From positions 64,665-128,664 of the forward strand of contig JBLWVL010000002.1 in assembly GCA_048268485.1 (NCBI GenBank): DNA of 64,000 bases, written 5' to 3'. Below are positions 19,642 to 28,198 of this stretch, in pieces. Below the pieces are notes generated by a model that had not been told where the DNA came from, made no database searches, and saw only the letters and a program-made list of their open reading frames with translations. Position numbers and translations under genes: made by a program. How positions within the stretch are numbered: the stretch's first letter is position 1; every line of letters starts with the position of its first letter. The DNA is from Oceanospirillum sp. (lineage in GTDB: Bacteria; Pseudomonadota; Gammaproteobacteria; Pseudomonadales; Halomonadaceae).

Positions 19642-20538
19642 CTAAAAGCCTTTGGTGTGGGCCACCGCATCATGGGGATGCAGGCTCTCTAAGTGCCTGA
19701 CACTCACCTCAACTCCCCGATACTCCTTGGAAAGCGCCTCCTGGATACGACGGGCAGCATCTTCAACGTACATCAGGTTCTGACCGTTCAATAGTGCAAA
19801 AGCCTGCTCATCGGCCCGTTTAACCGCCGTTTGCACCGCGGTTGCCAAAGCCTGCTCCGTCCGGTCGATCAGAGGCATCAATCCAAAGCTTCTATCGGTA
19901 GCGTCTAACGACACCTGAACCGAAGCAATGCTGCGCTGACTATGGGGGGTTGCGTAAGTTGCATAGGTCTCCAACCAGTCAGAAACCGCCTCCGTTGTCA
20001 GTTGCTCGCCGGAGAAACACTCCCTAAAGTGACTGGCAATCAGCTGTCGGGCCAGGGCGGCAGAACAGGGGCAGGTGGAGGAGTATTCAATCTGAACCGC
20101 AGCACTGAGCTGCAACACACCCTGCTGCAGAACCGCGTCGACTTGAACCGGATAGGCTTTCCAGCCTGCAAGCCCGGGCGTACTAAGCGCCGACCGCCGG
20201 GCAAGCATTTTAAACTCGATTACCAGCCGGGCACTATCTGTACCGCAGTCGCTATGACTGATGATCATCTGTTCCAGTACGGTTTCCAAATCTGCCGGGG
20301 TCACACTATCTCGCTGTGATAAGGCATCCAGCATCCTGTAGATACGTGACATATGGATCCCTTTCACCGTCACATCCGGCAGATTCACCTGAGCCTCAAC
20401 AGAAGCATGAAGCGGTGCAGCACTCTCCGGTTCGGCAAGGCTCAACGGGATATCGATGCCGCTCATACCGACCCATTCAAGCGGCGTACGTATAGTTGAA
20501 AGCTGATGACGCGCTACATCGGGCAGTTCCTGATTCAT
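19642..20538 (-). CDS. folE2: GTP cyclohydrolase I type 2 (FolE2)
   Basis: About 300 aa with LPDV...VGMSGIDIPL...KGIHMSRIY...STCPCS...ESLHPHDA, the blocks typical of FolE2/MptA. Confidence 0.85.
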   Translation of the reverse strand: MNQELPDVARHQLSTIRTPLEWVGMSGIDIPLSLAEPESAAPLHASVEAQVNLPDVTVKGIHMSRIYRMLDALSQRDSVTPADLETVLEQMIISHSDCGTDSARLVIEFKMLARRSALSTPGLAGWKAYPVQVDAVLQQGVLQLSAAVQIEYSSTCPCSAALARQLIASHFRECFSGEQLTTEAVSDWLETYATYATPHSQRSIASVQVSLDATDRSFGLMPLIDRTEQALATAVQTAVKRADEQAFALLNGQNLMYVEDAARRIQEALSKEYRGVEVSVRHLESLHPHDAVAHTKGF

Positions 20539-20562
20539 GTTATGCCTTATGAGTTAAAAAAA

Positions 20563-21582
20563 TTACTTTGATTGACACTGTTCCAGTGCGGTCATCAGTC
20601 GTGTTAATAATTTGAAGTAATGCTCAGCGGGATCATCAATATCAGCTCCCAGAGGATCCATCACCCCTGTTGTTTCTACAGTAGAGCCTTCAAAAACAGT
20701 GCTCACCATCCGGGGGTTATATTGAGGTTCCGTAAAAGCACAGCGTACGCCCCACTCTGCAACCCGGTTTTGGATCTCCCGGATCCGGGCCGGGCTGGGG
20801 TCTGATGCATCGGACAGAGAGATAGCTCCGGCGGCCATTAAGCCAAAACGACGCTCAAAGTACTGGTAAGCATCATGAAAAACGATAAAGCGAATCCCCT
20901 TAAGCTGCTCTGCCCGTTTATTCATGGATACGATCAGCTGATCTAAAGATTGCACCAGTTCTGAGGCATTGCGCTGATAAAGATCGGCATGCTCGGGGTC
21001 AACCTCAGACAGGTTTTGGGCAATATCCTTAGCCCATACCTTGGCGTTCACCGGGTCTAACCAGGCATGGGGATCATATTGACCGTGATGATGTTCATGG
21101 TGCTCTTTATCATCATGATGTTCGTCATGCTCATGGTGTGCTTCTTCGTCGTGATGTTCGTCATGTACCCCATCCGAATGATGATCTTCATCTCCGTCGT
21201 CATCATGGTGGCTATGAGCCTCGAAAGTCGCCCCCTGTCTGAATTCGTGCCGGATGGTCTCTGACAGCTCCAGCATCTCAACTTTGTGGGCTGAAGGTGC
21301 CAGATTCTGCAGCGGGTGTTCCAACCAGGGTGTAAGATCTTCGCTGATCCAAAAAACAACGTCGGCCTCTGACAATGCCTTCGCTTCCGAAGGTCTCAGG
21401 CTATATCGATGGGGGGATGCTTCAGGCTGAATCAACAGCTCAGGTTGCTCAACCCCTTTCATCACCTGGCTGACCAATGAATGGAGCGGAGCAATATCAA
21501 CAACAACTTTCGGTGCCGAGGCCCAGCTGCTAAGAGAGATCAGGCTCAAAAATAAGCCTGTAAGAAAAGATGAACGAAACAT
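20563..21582 (-). CDS. znuA: Zinc ABC transporter periplasmic binding protein with His/Asp-rich loop
   Basis: Start chosen at the internal ATG (MFRSSFLTGLFLSLISLSSWA signal peptide). It has the cluster A-I SBP fold signature and a ~50-aa HSHHDDDGDEDHH...HHEHHHG loop. The ORF-track start at 21687 would read through the operator. Confidence 0.9.
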   Translation of the reverse strand: MFRSSFLTGLFLSLISLSSWASAPKVVVDIAPLHSLVSQVMKGVEQPELLIQPEASPHRYSLRPSEAKALSEADVVFWISEDLTPWLEHPLQNLAPSAHKVEMLELSETIRHEFRQGATFEAHSHHDDDGDEDHHSDGVHDEHHDEEAHHEHDEHHDDKEHHEHHHGQYDPHAWLDPVNAKVWAKDIAQNLSEVDPEHADLYQRNASELVQSLDQLIVSMNKRAEQLKGIRFIVFHDAYQYFERRFGLMAAGAISLSDASDPSPARIREIQNRVAEWGVRCAFTEPQYNPRMVSTVFEGSTVETTGVMDPLGADIDDPAEHYFKLLTRLMTALEQCQSK

Positions 21583-21643
21583 CTGAAAGATTCTCCGGTG
21601 AACGCTATTTAGGGTTAAAGGTTTAAAGCGTGAAACTATAAAT

Positions 21644-21661
21644 GTTATGTTATAACATAAC
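21644..21661. promoter_or_regulatory. Putative Zur operator in the divergent znuA / znuCB promoter region
   Basis: Perfect 18-bp palindrome GTTATGTTATAACATAAC, centred in the 107-bp znuA-znuC intergenic region. It resembles the gammaproteobacterial Zur-box core (..TGTTATA.TATAACA..). Confidence 0.7.
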
Positions 21662-21689
21662 CTGCAAATTAAAAACCCAAGGATCATAG

Positions 21690-22415
21690 ATGCTGATTAA
21701 AGCCTGTAACATTGATGTCCGAATTAGCAACAAATTGATTCTGAGATCGGTCAGCCTTCAGATTGAAAAAGGCCGCATCATCACGGTTATTGGCCCTAAT
21801 GGCTCCGGGAAATCCACCTTACTTAAAACACTGATCGGGGCAATAACACCCGTAACAGGTACTCTGATAAAGGCCCCAGATTTATCCGTTGGCTATGTCC
21901 CACAACGTCTGCATATTGACGAAACGCTGCCGATGACCGTCAAACGATTTCTGCAGTTACCCCATAAAATGTCGGAAAAGCGCCTGCAAAATGCGCTGTC
22001 AGAAGCGGGGGCGTCCAGCCTGATGAATCAGCAGCTCAACAGCCTGTCCGGTGGTCAGCTACAGCGGGTATTGCTGGCGAGAGCACTGCTAACGGACCCA
22101 AATCTATTATTACTGGACGAGCCGACCCAGGGACTGGATCGCAAAGGTACCGCAGACTTTTACCGCCAGCTAAATCAACTGCGTCAGAAGCTTAACTGCG
22201 CCATTTTACTGGTTAGCCATGATCTTCAGGTGGTTATGCGCCAGTCAGATCAGGTGATCTGCCTGAACGGACAGATCTGCTGCCAGGGCAAGCCGGAGGA
22301 TGTCGGCAGCTCAGACACGTTCAAGTCCCTGTTTGGTTTAGATGATGATGCTGACACCCTGGCTCTCTATCGTCACCACCCTCATCCCAGGGCGACAGAT
22401 TCCCAGCCTTCATGA
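21690..22415 (+). CDS. znuC: Zinc ABC transporter ATP-binding protein
   Basis: Walker A GPNGSGKST, signature LSGGQLQR, Walker B LLLLDEP, and a His-containing C-terminal tail. Confidence 0.9.
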   Translation: MLIKACNIDVRISNKLILRSVSLQIEKGRIITVIGPNGSGKSTLLKTLIGAITPVTGTLIKAPDLSVGYVPQRLHIDETLPMTVKRFLQLPHKMSEKRLQNALSEAGASSLMNQQLNSLSGGQLQRVLLARALLTDPNLLLLDEPTQGLDRKGTADFYRQLNQLRQKLNCAILLVSHDLQVVMRQSDQVICLNGQICCQGKPEDVGSSDTFKSLFGLDDDADTLALYRHHPHPRATDSQPS

Positions 22416-22430
22416 ATCAGGAGATCAACC

Positions 22431-23297
22431 ATGCTGGATGACTTTATTATCAGAGCAGCACTGGCCGGTATCGGAGTTTCTCTGGCAGCGGCCCCCCTTG
22501 GCTGCTTTGTTGTTTGGCGGCGTATGGCCTACTTTGGCGATGCCACAGCCCATGCCGCCATGCTAGGTGTTGCCTTGTCTCTGGCACTGTCCACGCCGGT
22601 CTTTGCTGGGGTACTGCTGGTTACATTACTGATGGCCGTTACCGTGTCTCTGCTCAGTGGCCGCAGTTACGCTATGGACACTTTACTGGGGGTCATGGCG
22701 CACTCTGCACTGGCTATCGGGTTGGTCGCTGTTTCTTTTCTGGACGGAATACGTATTGACCTGATGGCTTACCTTTTTGGCGATATTTTAGCAGTCGGCA
22801 AGCTTGATCTGACGATTATCTGGGGAGGGGCATTTCTGGTACTGGTAATGGTGGGTTATCGCTGGTCAGCCCTTCTGCTTGCCACTATAAACCCTGACCT
22901 GGCCAGAGCCAGCGGCATTTCACCACAAAAGGAGCAGCTTATATTGACGCTTGCCCTGGCCATTGTTGTCGCTGTTGCCATCAAAGTCGTTGGTGTTCTC
23001 CTGATTGCGGCGCTGCTAATTATACCAGCAGCCACCGCGCGCCCTTTCAGCCAAACACCTGAAGTAATGGCACTGATCGCTGCACTTATCGGTATTTTCG
23101 CCAATATAGCTGGCCTGGCGGGTTCTTATCATCTGGACACCCCCACAGGCCCGACCATTGTCTGTGTAATCGCCGCTCTTTTTGTTCTGCTAAACCTGCT
23201 TAAAGGTCTGATCCAAAAGACAGGCGCCCTTTTAGTCCGTATGATCTCACCTCGTACATCAGAACAACCCGGTCTCACTGAAACAAGTAAGGATTAG
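22431..23297 (+). CDS. znuB: Zinc ABC transporter permease
   Basis: ABC-3 family membrane protein (MAYFGDATAHAA..., IPAATAR). Confidence 0.9.
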   Translation: MLDDFIIRAALAGIGVSLAAAPLGCFVVWRRMAYFGDATAHAAMLGVALSLALSTPVFAGVLLVTLLMAVTVSLLSGRSYAMDTLLGVMAHSALAIGLVAVSFLDGIRIDLMAYLFGDILAVGKLDLTIIWGGAFLVLVMVGYRWSALLLATINPDLARASGISPQKEQLILTLALAIVVAVAIKVVGVLLIAALLIIPAATARPFSQTPEVMALIAALIGIFANIAGLAGSYHLDTPTGPTIVCVIAALFVLLNLLKGLIQKTGALLVRMISPRTSEQPGLTETSKD

Positions 23298-23305
23298 CGC
23301 CCGTT

Positions 23306-24607
23306 ATGATCTTCAACAGAGTTCCGTTTTTCACATCACTGCATAAAGTTCTACTTGTTATCGCCTGTCTTATGCTTGCACTGGCCGTCATAACGCCATC
23401 AAACCAAACAGTCATAACCCTGACTCCCGGTTTATCGGTGAGCTCTGGCAACGCAGTCAATGAACCATCTGACTCACCAGAGAATAAACCGGCTCACCGG
23501 GACGAAACAAAAGTCCAATGGCTGGTGGAGCCCGGAGACAACCTCAGTTATATTTTCCAGCAAAACGGCATACCTGCTTCAGTACTCCACGAGGTTATGC
23601 AGGCAGATACCCAGTATCTGGACCTGGAAACACTGCAACCAGGAGTTCGCCTCGGCCTGGATCTGACCGATGATGGCATTCTCGCTCAGCTAATCCTCTA
23701 TCGCGACCCGGCCCGGAAGATCACCTATACCCGACAAATTGACGGCACTTACCAGCACCAGAAGCAGCAAGCGGAAACCTACTGGGTCTCGGAGGTATAC
23801 CGGGGAGATATCCAAGGCAGCTTTTATCTTTCTGCAAAAGGTGTCGGGCTGGGACAATCTCAGATCGCTCTGATCAGCCAGCTATTAAGCTACCAGCTTA
23901 ACTTCAGACGTGACCTTAGAGCAGGAGATCACTTTACGGCCATTATCGGGCGGGAGATGACCGGCGAGGTTGAAACAGGCCAAACCCGAATAGAATCCGT
24001 ATCCCTGCAGCGCCGTCAACGCACCCATTACGCGTTCCAGTTTAAAGGCCACTACTATGATGAGAAAGGGGAAAGTGTTACTCCGGCATTTCTACGCTGG
24101 CCAACCTCAAAAAGATACCGCATCAGCTCATCCTTTAATAAAAACCGTCTGCACCCGATAACCAAACGCCGGGCACCGCACCATGGCGTTGATCTGGCAA
24201 CTCCGACAGGAACCCCTATTCTCAGTACAGGTGATGGAGTTGTAAAACGTATCGGCAATCACCCTTTCGCGGGTAAATATATCGATATTGACCATGGTGG
24301 CAGTTATAAAACCCGCTATCTGCATTTGAGCCGCATACAGGTAAAAAGAGGCTCACAGGTAAAAAGAGGTCAGCGAATTGCACTCTCTGGTAATACAGGT
24401 CGCAGTACAGGCCCCCATCTTCATTTTGAACTGCATATTGATGGTCGCCCTGTTAACCCCGTGACCGCCAAAATACCAACGGCCGCCGCCATCAAGCCTC
24501 AGGATATGGCTGAATTCTCAGCACTGCGCGAACAGAAAATGGCGGTTATGGAACAAGCGGCCAGCATGTCAGTGCTACACACGGCGCAAAACAGCCGGGA
24601 ATTTTGA
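23306..24607 (+). CDS. mepM: M23-family murein DD-endopeptidase (MepM/YebA-like)
   Basis: N-terminal anchor, then HHGVDLATPTGTPI...GNTGRSTGPHLHFELH M23 motifs. It is linked to znu genes, as yebA is in E. coli. Confidence 0.8.
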   Translation: MIFNRVPFFTSLHKVLLVIACLMLALAVITPSNQTVITLTPGLSVSSGNAVNEPSDSPENKPAHRDETKVQWLVEPGDNLSYIFQQNGIPASVLHEVMQADTQYLDLETLQPGVRLGLDLTDDGILAQLILYRDPARKITYTRQIDGTYQHQKQQAETYWVSEVYRGDIQGSFYLSAKGVGLGQSQIALISQLLSYQLNFRRDLRAGDHFTAIIGREMTGEVETGQTRIESVSLQRRQRTHYAFQFKGHYYDEKGESVTPAFLRWPTSKRYRISSSFNKNRLHPITKRRAPHHGVDLATPTGTPILSTGDGVVKRIGNHPFAGKYIDIDHGGSYKTRYLHLSRIQVKRGSQVKRGQRIALSGNTGRSTGPHLHFELHIDGRPVNPVTAKIPTAAAIKPQDMAEFSALREQKMAVMEQAASMSVLHTAQNSREF

Positions 24608-25480
24608 TCCCGGCCAGCGGGCAAAAATCATCACATTACCCAACACTACCAGGCCAAAACCTAGCAGCGCGAGCTCTGTCCACTGATAACCTTCATAGAA
24701 GGTTGAAATGGTCAGAGCCACCGCCGGAAACATCACGGTACTATAGGCCGCTTTATCCGCACCAATACGCCCAACCAGGATCAGATAGGCCGTGAAACCG
24801 ATCACTGTACCGGGAATCGCCAGATACAATAATGAACTGATATAACCGGTTTCCCAACTGAAGGTCAAAGGCACACCCTGCAGCAGAATAATCACACTCA
24901 TCATCAACACGCCGTAGAACATACTCCAGGCGTTGGTGGTTGTGGTTTTAAGCCCTTTTTTCTGGTGGCGAACCGACACCATATTGCCACTGGAAAAAAA
25001 CCAGGTACCTAATGCCGCAAGTCCCATACCCAGCAGCACATCCGCATTAAAGCCCCCGTCTGTAATCTGCGGCCAAAACAGTGCGGCCACGCCCGCAAGC
25101 CCGAGGCAAGACCCCAACACCGTACGCAACGCCGGACGCAAACCAAACCAAAGACGGTTGTTGATCACATTCATCACCGTAGCCATGGAGAAGATCACAG
25201 AGGCAAGGCCACTACTGATATAACCCGTGGCGGTATAGATACAGAAGAAGTTAAAACAAAACAGACAGCACCCCTGAATAAAGCAGAACAGATGGTCGCT
25301 GCGCTCAATCTTTTGCAAACGGCGGCTTAATAGCAGCACCGCAAACAGCACCAGCGCTGCCAATGAAAAGCGGTAGAGAATCGAAGCCTGAACCGCCACC
25401 TCACCCAGTTGCAGTTTAATCGCAATCCAGGTAGTCCCCCAGATCAGAACCGTCAGCAGATATAAGCCCGTATTTACCAT
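24575..25480 (-). CDS. DMT-superfamily (EamA-like) transporter
   Basis: Ten predicted TM segments in a two-EamA-repeat organisation. Confidence 0.8.
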   Translation of the reverse strand: MVNTGLYLLTVLIWGTTWIAIKLQLGEVAVQASILYRFSLAALVLFAVLLLSRRLQKIERSDHLFCFIQGCCLFCFNFFCIYTATGYISSGLASVIFSMATVMNVINNRLWFGLRPALRTVLGSCLGLAGVAALFWPQITDGGFNADVLLGMGLAALGTWFFSSGNMVSVRHQKKGLKTTTTNAWSMFYGVLMMSVIILLQGVPLTFSWETGYISSLLYLAIPGTVIGFTAYLILVGRIGADKAAYSTVMFPAVALTISTFYEGYQWTELALLGFGLVVLGNVMIFARWPGSKFPAVLRRV

Positions 25481-25698
25481 AAGTGTTTACCTGTCAGGTG
25501 CGTGCACCGGTTATTAAAGCGCGAGTATCTGCGGTAACTATTCAAAAAGATTACAGATTACTGCGCCTTTATCGGATTCTTGCGTTTTTTATCAACATCG
25601 GGGGATTAGCACCATAACAAGCGCTGCTAAAAGCTTGCCTGCCCATAAGGCCGCGAGTAGCATGTCCTGCCAGCAATCAGTTTTCTCATAGGCTTTTT

Positions 25699-26601
25699 GT
25701 GTCCGAAAAAATTTACCCAGACCCACCTTCTGTCTCGCAACCGGTATTCCAATGCCTGTCCAACACTCAGGCGCAGCTGGAAAACCATACCGAGCTATGC
25801 AATGGTTCCAGCGCTGCCATCTGGCGACGGGAAGAGAGTGATCTTACCCGCTATCAGCATCCGGGCCACCACACCCTAAGTTGTTATTTGGGTGGCGGCC
25901 ATGCCATTCGCCGCTTATTTACCCATCGCACGCAAGGCGGAGGCGGCCCTGGTCGTATCTGCCTGATGCCTGGTGACGGTGATTCCCACTGGGATGTAAA
26001 CGGCCCGATCCACTTTATGCATCTCTATTTTTCTGAGCAGCACCTAAAGGATCTGGCGGGGAGAATTCAAGATAAAAGCAGCAACCACCTGCAGCTGCAG
26101 GATATGACCTTTATGGAAGATAGCTGGATCAGCAATCTGTGCCAGCAGGTGATACGTCCGCTGAACTGGCAGGACAACGCCGACCGCATCGCCCTAAGTA
26201 GCGCCAGCGATATGCTGATGGTCCATCTATTGAAGAATTATTGCGGGAATTACACCCGCCTGCCGGAAAGTAAAGGCGGGCTATCGCCTTATCTGCAGCG
26301 ACAACTTTTGGACTATATCGAACAGCACCTCGATCACCCGTTAACACTGCAGGAATTAGCAGCTTTTGCCCAGTTGAGCGAGTATCACTTTGCCCGTATG
26401 TTTAAGGTCAGCTTCGGGCAGGCTCCCCATCAGTACGTCACCGAACGACGGTTAAACCGTGCTGCAGATCTGATACGGGATAAACGCCTGTCACTGGCAG
26501 AGATCGCCCTGCGGTGTGGCTTCTCCAGCCAAAGCCATTTTAGTCAGCGGTTTAAACAGTTTTATCACGTCACCCCAGCGCAGTACCGGAAGGGGCATTG
26601 A
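25699..26601 (+). CDS. AraC-family transcriptional regulator
   Basis: C-terminal double HTH (LTLQELAAFAQLSEYHFARMFK...IALRCGFSSQSHFSQRFK). It is divergent from the EamA gene. Confidence 0.85.
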   Translation: MSEKIYPDPPSVSQPVFQCLSNTQAQLENHTELCNGSSAAIWRREESDLTRYQHPGHHTLSCYLGGGHAIRRLFTHRTQGGGGPGRICLMPGDGDSHWDVNGPIHFMHLYFSEQHLKDLAGRIQDKSSNHLQLQDMTFMEDSWISNLCQQVIRPLNWQDNADRIALSSASDMLMVHLLKNYCGNYTRLPESKGGLSPYLQRQLLDYIEQHLDHPLTLQELAAFAQLSEYHFARMFKVSFGQAPHQYVTERRLNRAADLIRDKRLSLAEIALRCGFSSQSHFSQRFKQFYHVTPAQYRKGH

Positions 26602-26781
26602 ACCTTTAAAAGATGCTCATCGTTAAAAGTCGGACACTCAACTACTGCATCTAGACTAATAAATTAGGGATTGATAAATATGGATATTAACTATCGCCAG
26701 ATAGCTCGGACTCACCTTGAATTCGCTAAAACAGAAATGAATTAAAAAAATGATTATAGGCTCAAATACGCTGCCCTTGAG

Positions 26782-27501
26782 TTGAGAATGGCGTTGGAGG
26801 GAATTATTTATGATCGAGCAAATGCTTACGCCGATGAGTTTCCTCCTGAGGAGTATGCCACATGGCAGCCCCAGAAAGTTCATGCCATTCTTTTGGAAAT
26901 TGACCCATATGCAGATAAGGATAGTTCATTAAGTATAGGTGTTGAGCCTGAATTCGGAGTAGCCCCTCCCTCCGAAGAAATGAAGCAACTCGGTACGGAA
27001 GTAGTTTACAGTCTCAAAAGTCTAAAAAAACATTACAATCAGCTAGGCCACTACCTACACATTCCTTCTTTAAAGCGAAGTCTGTCAGGCAACGATATTG
27101 ACTTTCAGAAGCTTAGAAATCGCTGCGAAATTATTCTGTCCTTCGTAGATGAAATATTAAAATCACCAATTTTCAACTGCACTTTTGGGCGTTTCACGAG
27201 CATACCTTGTATTAGCTGCGGGAAGATTATTCGAAAGAGAATTCCAGATAACCAAGAAGAAATCGAAGCAAAGTGTTTTGGTGACGGCTGCACGGCTATC
27301 TATCGAATAACCAATAAAAACAAAGAGGACTCAGATCTTACCTGGAGTCCATATGGAGAAAAAATTCCTTGTGCTAACCAAAGCTGCCAACACGAATTTT
27401 TCTTATGGCATACGGAGGTTAAAGCAGGCACAAATTGGCTATGCCCGAAGTGTGATGGGAGGAATACTCTATCTCTTGGTATTCTCTTTGAGGAAAAGTA
27501 A
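26782..27501 (+). CDS. Hypothetical protein with two CxxC-type zinc-ribbon-like motifs, possibly the 3' part of a nonsense-interrupted gene that begins at 26680
   Basis: ORF in a locally AT-rich stretch. Cys patterns are CISCG-x19-CFGDGC and CANQSC-x18-CPKCDG. The same frame is open upstream from ATG 26680 except for one TAA at 26743-26745. Confidence 0.5.
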   Translation: MRMALEGIIYDRANAYADEFPPEEYATWQPQKVHAILLEIDPYADKDSSLSIGVEPEFGVAPPSEEMKQLGTEVVYSLKSLKKHYNQLGHYLHIPSLKRSLSGNDIDFQKLRNRCEIILSFVDEILKSPIFNCTFGRFTSIPCISCGKIIRKRIPDNQEEIEAKCFGDGCTAIYRITNKNKEDSDLTWSPYGEKIPCANQSCQHEFFLWHTEVKAGTNWLCPKCDGRNTLSLGILFEEK

Positions 27502-27517
27502 TTAGAACATCAATAAT

Positions 27518-27547
27518 AAAAATGCACTGAAATCAGTGCATTTTTTG
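27518..27547. terminator. Bidirectional terminator between the hypothetical gene and higA
   Basis: ATGCACTGA (27522-30) pairs with TCAGTGCAT (27533-41), flanked by A5 and T6. The higA stop codon lies inside the stem. Confidence 0.7.
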
Positions 27548-27811
27548 TGCTTGTAATGAAAGCTCAAACCCGCAGGCGTGGGCATATTTCAGAAGCGTTG
27601 ACCAACTCGGATTAGCATTACCCCGCTCAAGACGGCTGATATTACTCTTGTTGGTTTGCATCCGCTCTGCGACCTGCTCCTGCGTTAATCCAGCCTTGCC
27701 ACGCATAGTCAGTAACTGATCGATCAGGTTGAACTCATCTTCCAGTTTGTCATATTCCGCTTTTACTTCCGGATTTTTCAGCACTCGCTGTTTCAGTCGT
27801 TGTAGACTCAT
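27533..27811 (-). CDS. higA: XRE-family HTH antitoxin (HigA-like)
   Basis: LTQEQVAERMQTNKSNISRLERGNANPSWSTLLKYAHACG. The start overlaps the toxin stop by 4 nt. Confidence 0.8.
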   Translation of the reverse strand: MSLQRLKQRVLKNPEVKAEYDKLEDEFNLIDQLLTMRGKAGLTQEQVAERMQTNKSNISRLERGNANPSWSTLLKYAHACGFELSLQAQKMH

Positions 27812-28131
27812 AAGGACTGAACCTCTCTCTGACGATCCCGAGCCAATTTCAGCTCACTTTTCGGTGTTTTCTGTGACTTCTTCACATAGGTATGCAGAAC
27901 ATAAATATGTTGGCCATGAAGGTAACAAAACAGCCCTCTGCCTATACCTTCCTGAGCTTTTGCCCTTAGTTCAAAAAGGCCATTTCCCATCGCCTTCGTG
28001 TGGGGTGGGCCAAGGTTTGCGCCATGCTTCGCCATCATCTCAAGCAGCTTAACCATTCGCGCCTGAAGCTTAGGTGACATTTGCTCAATCTGATCTTCAA
28101 CCCCTTCGTAAAAATCGATCTTCCATGTCAT
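27808..28131 (-). CDS. higB: Type II toxin, RelE/HigB superfamily (Gp49/DUF891-like)
   Basis: GNGLFELRAKAQEGIGRGLFCYLHGQHIYVLHTYVKKSQKTPKSELKLA matches the Gp49-like toxin signature. The toxin-first gene order is typical of HigBA modules. Confidence 0.8.
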   Translation of the reverse strand: MTWKIDFYEGVEDQIEQMSPKLQARMVKLLEMMAKHGANLGPPHTKAMGNGLFELRAKAQEGIGRGLFCYLHGQHIYVLHTYVKKSQKTPKSELKLARDRQREVQSL

Positions 28132-28148
28132 AAGAAATCCTTTCCCTG

Positions 28149-28166
28149 GTTATCATATATGATAAC
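28149..28166. promoter_or_regulatory. Putative HigBA autoregulatory operator
   Basis: Perfect 18-bp palindrome GTTATCATATATGATAAC, 18 nt upstream of the higB start codon. Confidence 0.5.
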
Positions 28167-28198
28167 TCTAGTTCACAGAACAAAAAGCAGCCAACTTT

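Noticed and set aside
21057-21359. ORFs on both strands inside the znuA His-rich loop region
   Set aside because: These are frame artefacts of the CAT/GAT/GAA-rich repeat that encodes the His/Asp/Glu loop.
21583-21687. N-terminal extension of the znuA ORF
   Set aside because: It would read through the Zur-type palindrome and the promoter region. The internal ATG gives a normal signal peptide.
21644-28166. Resemblance between the znu palindrome (GTTATGTTATAACATAAC) and the higBA palindrome (GTTATCATATATGATAAC)
   Set aside because: They share only the GTTAT/ATAAC arms. The contexts differ (metal regulon versus TA autoregulation), so this is most likely coincidence.
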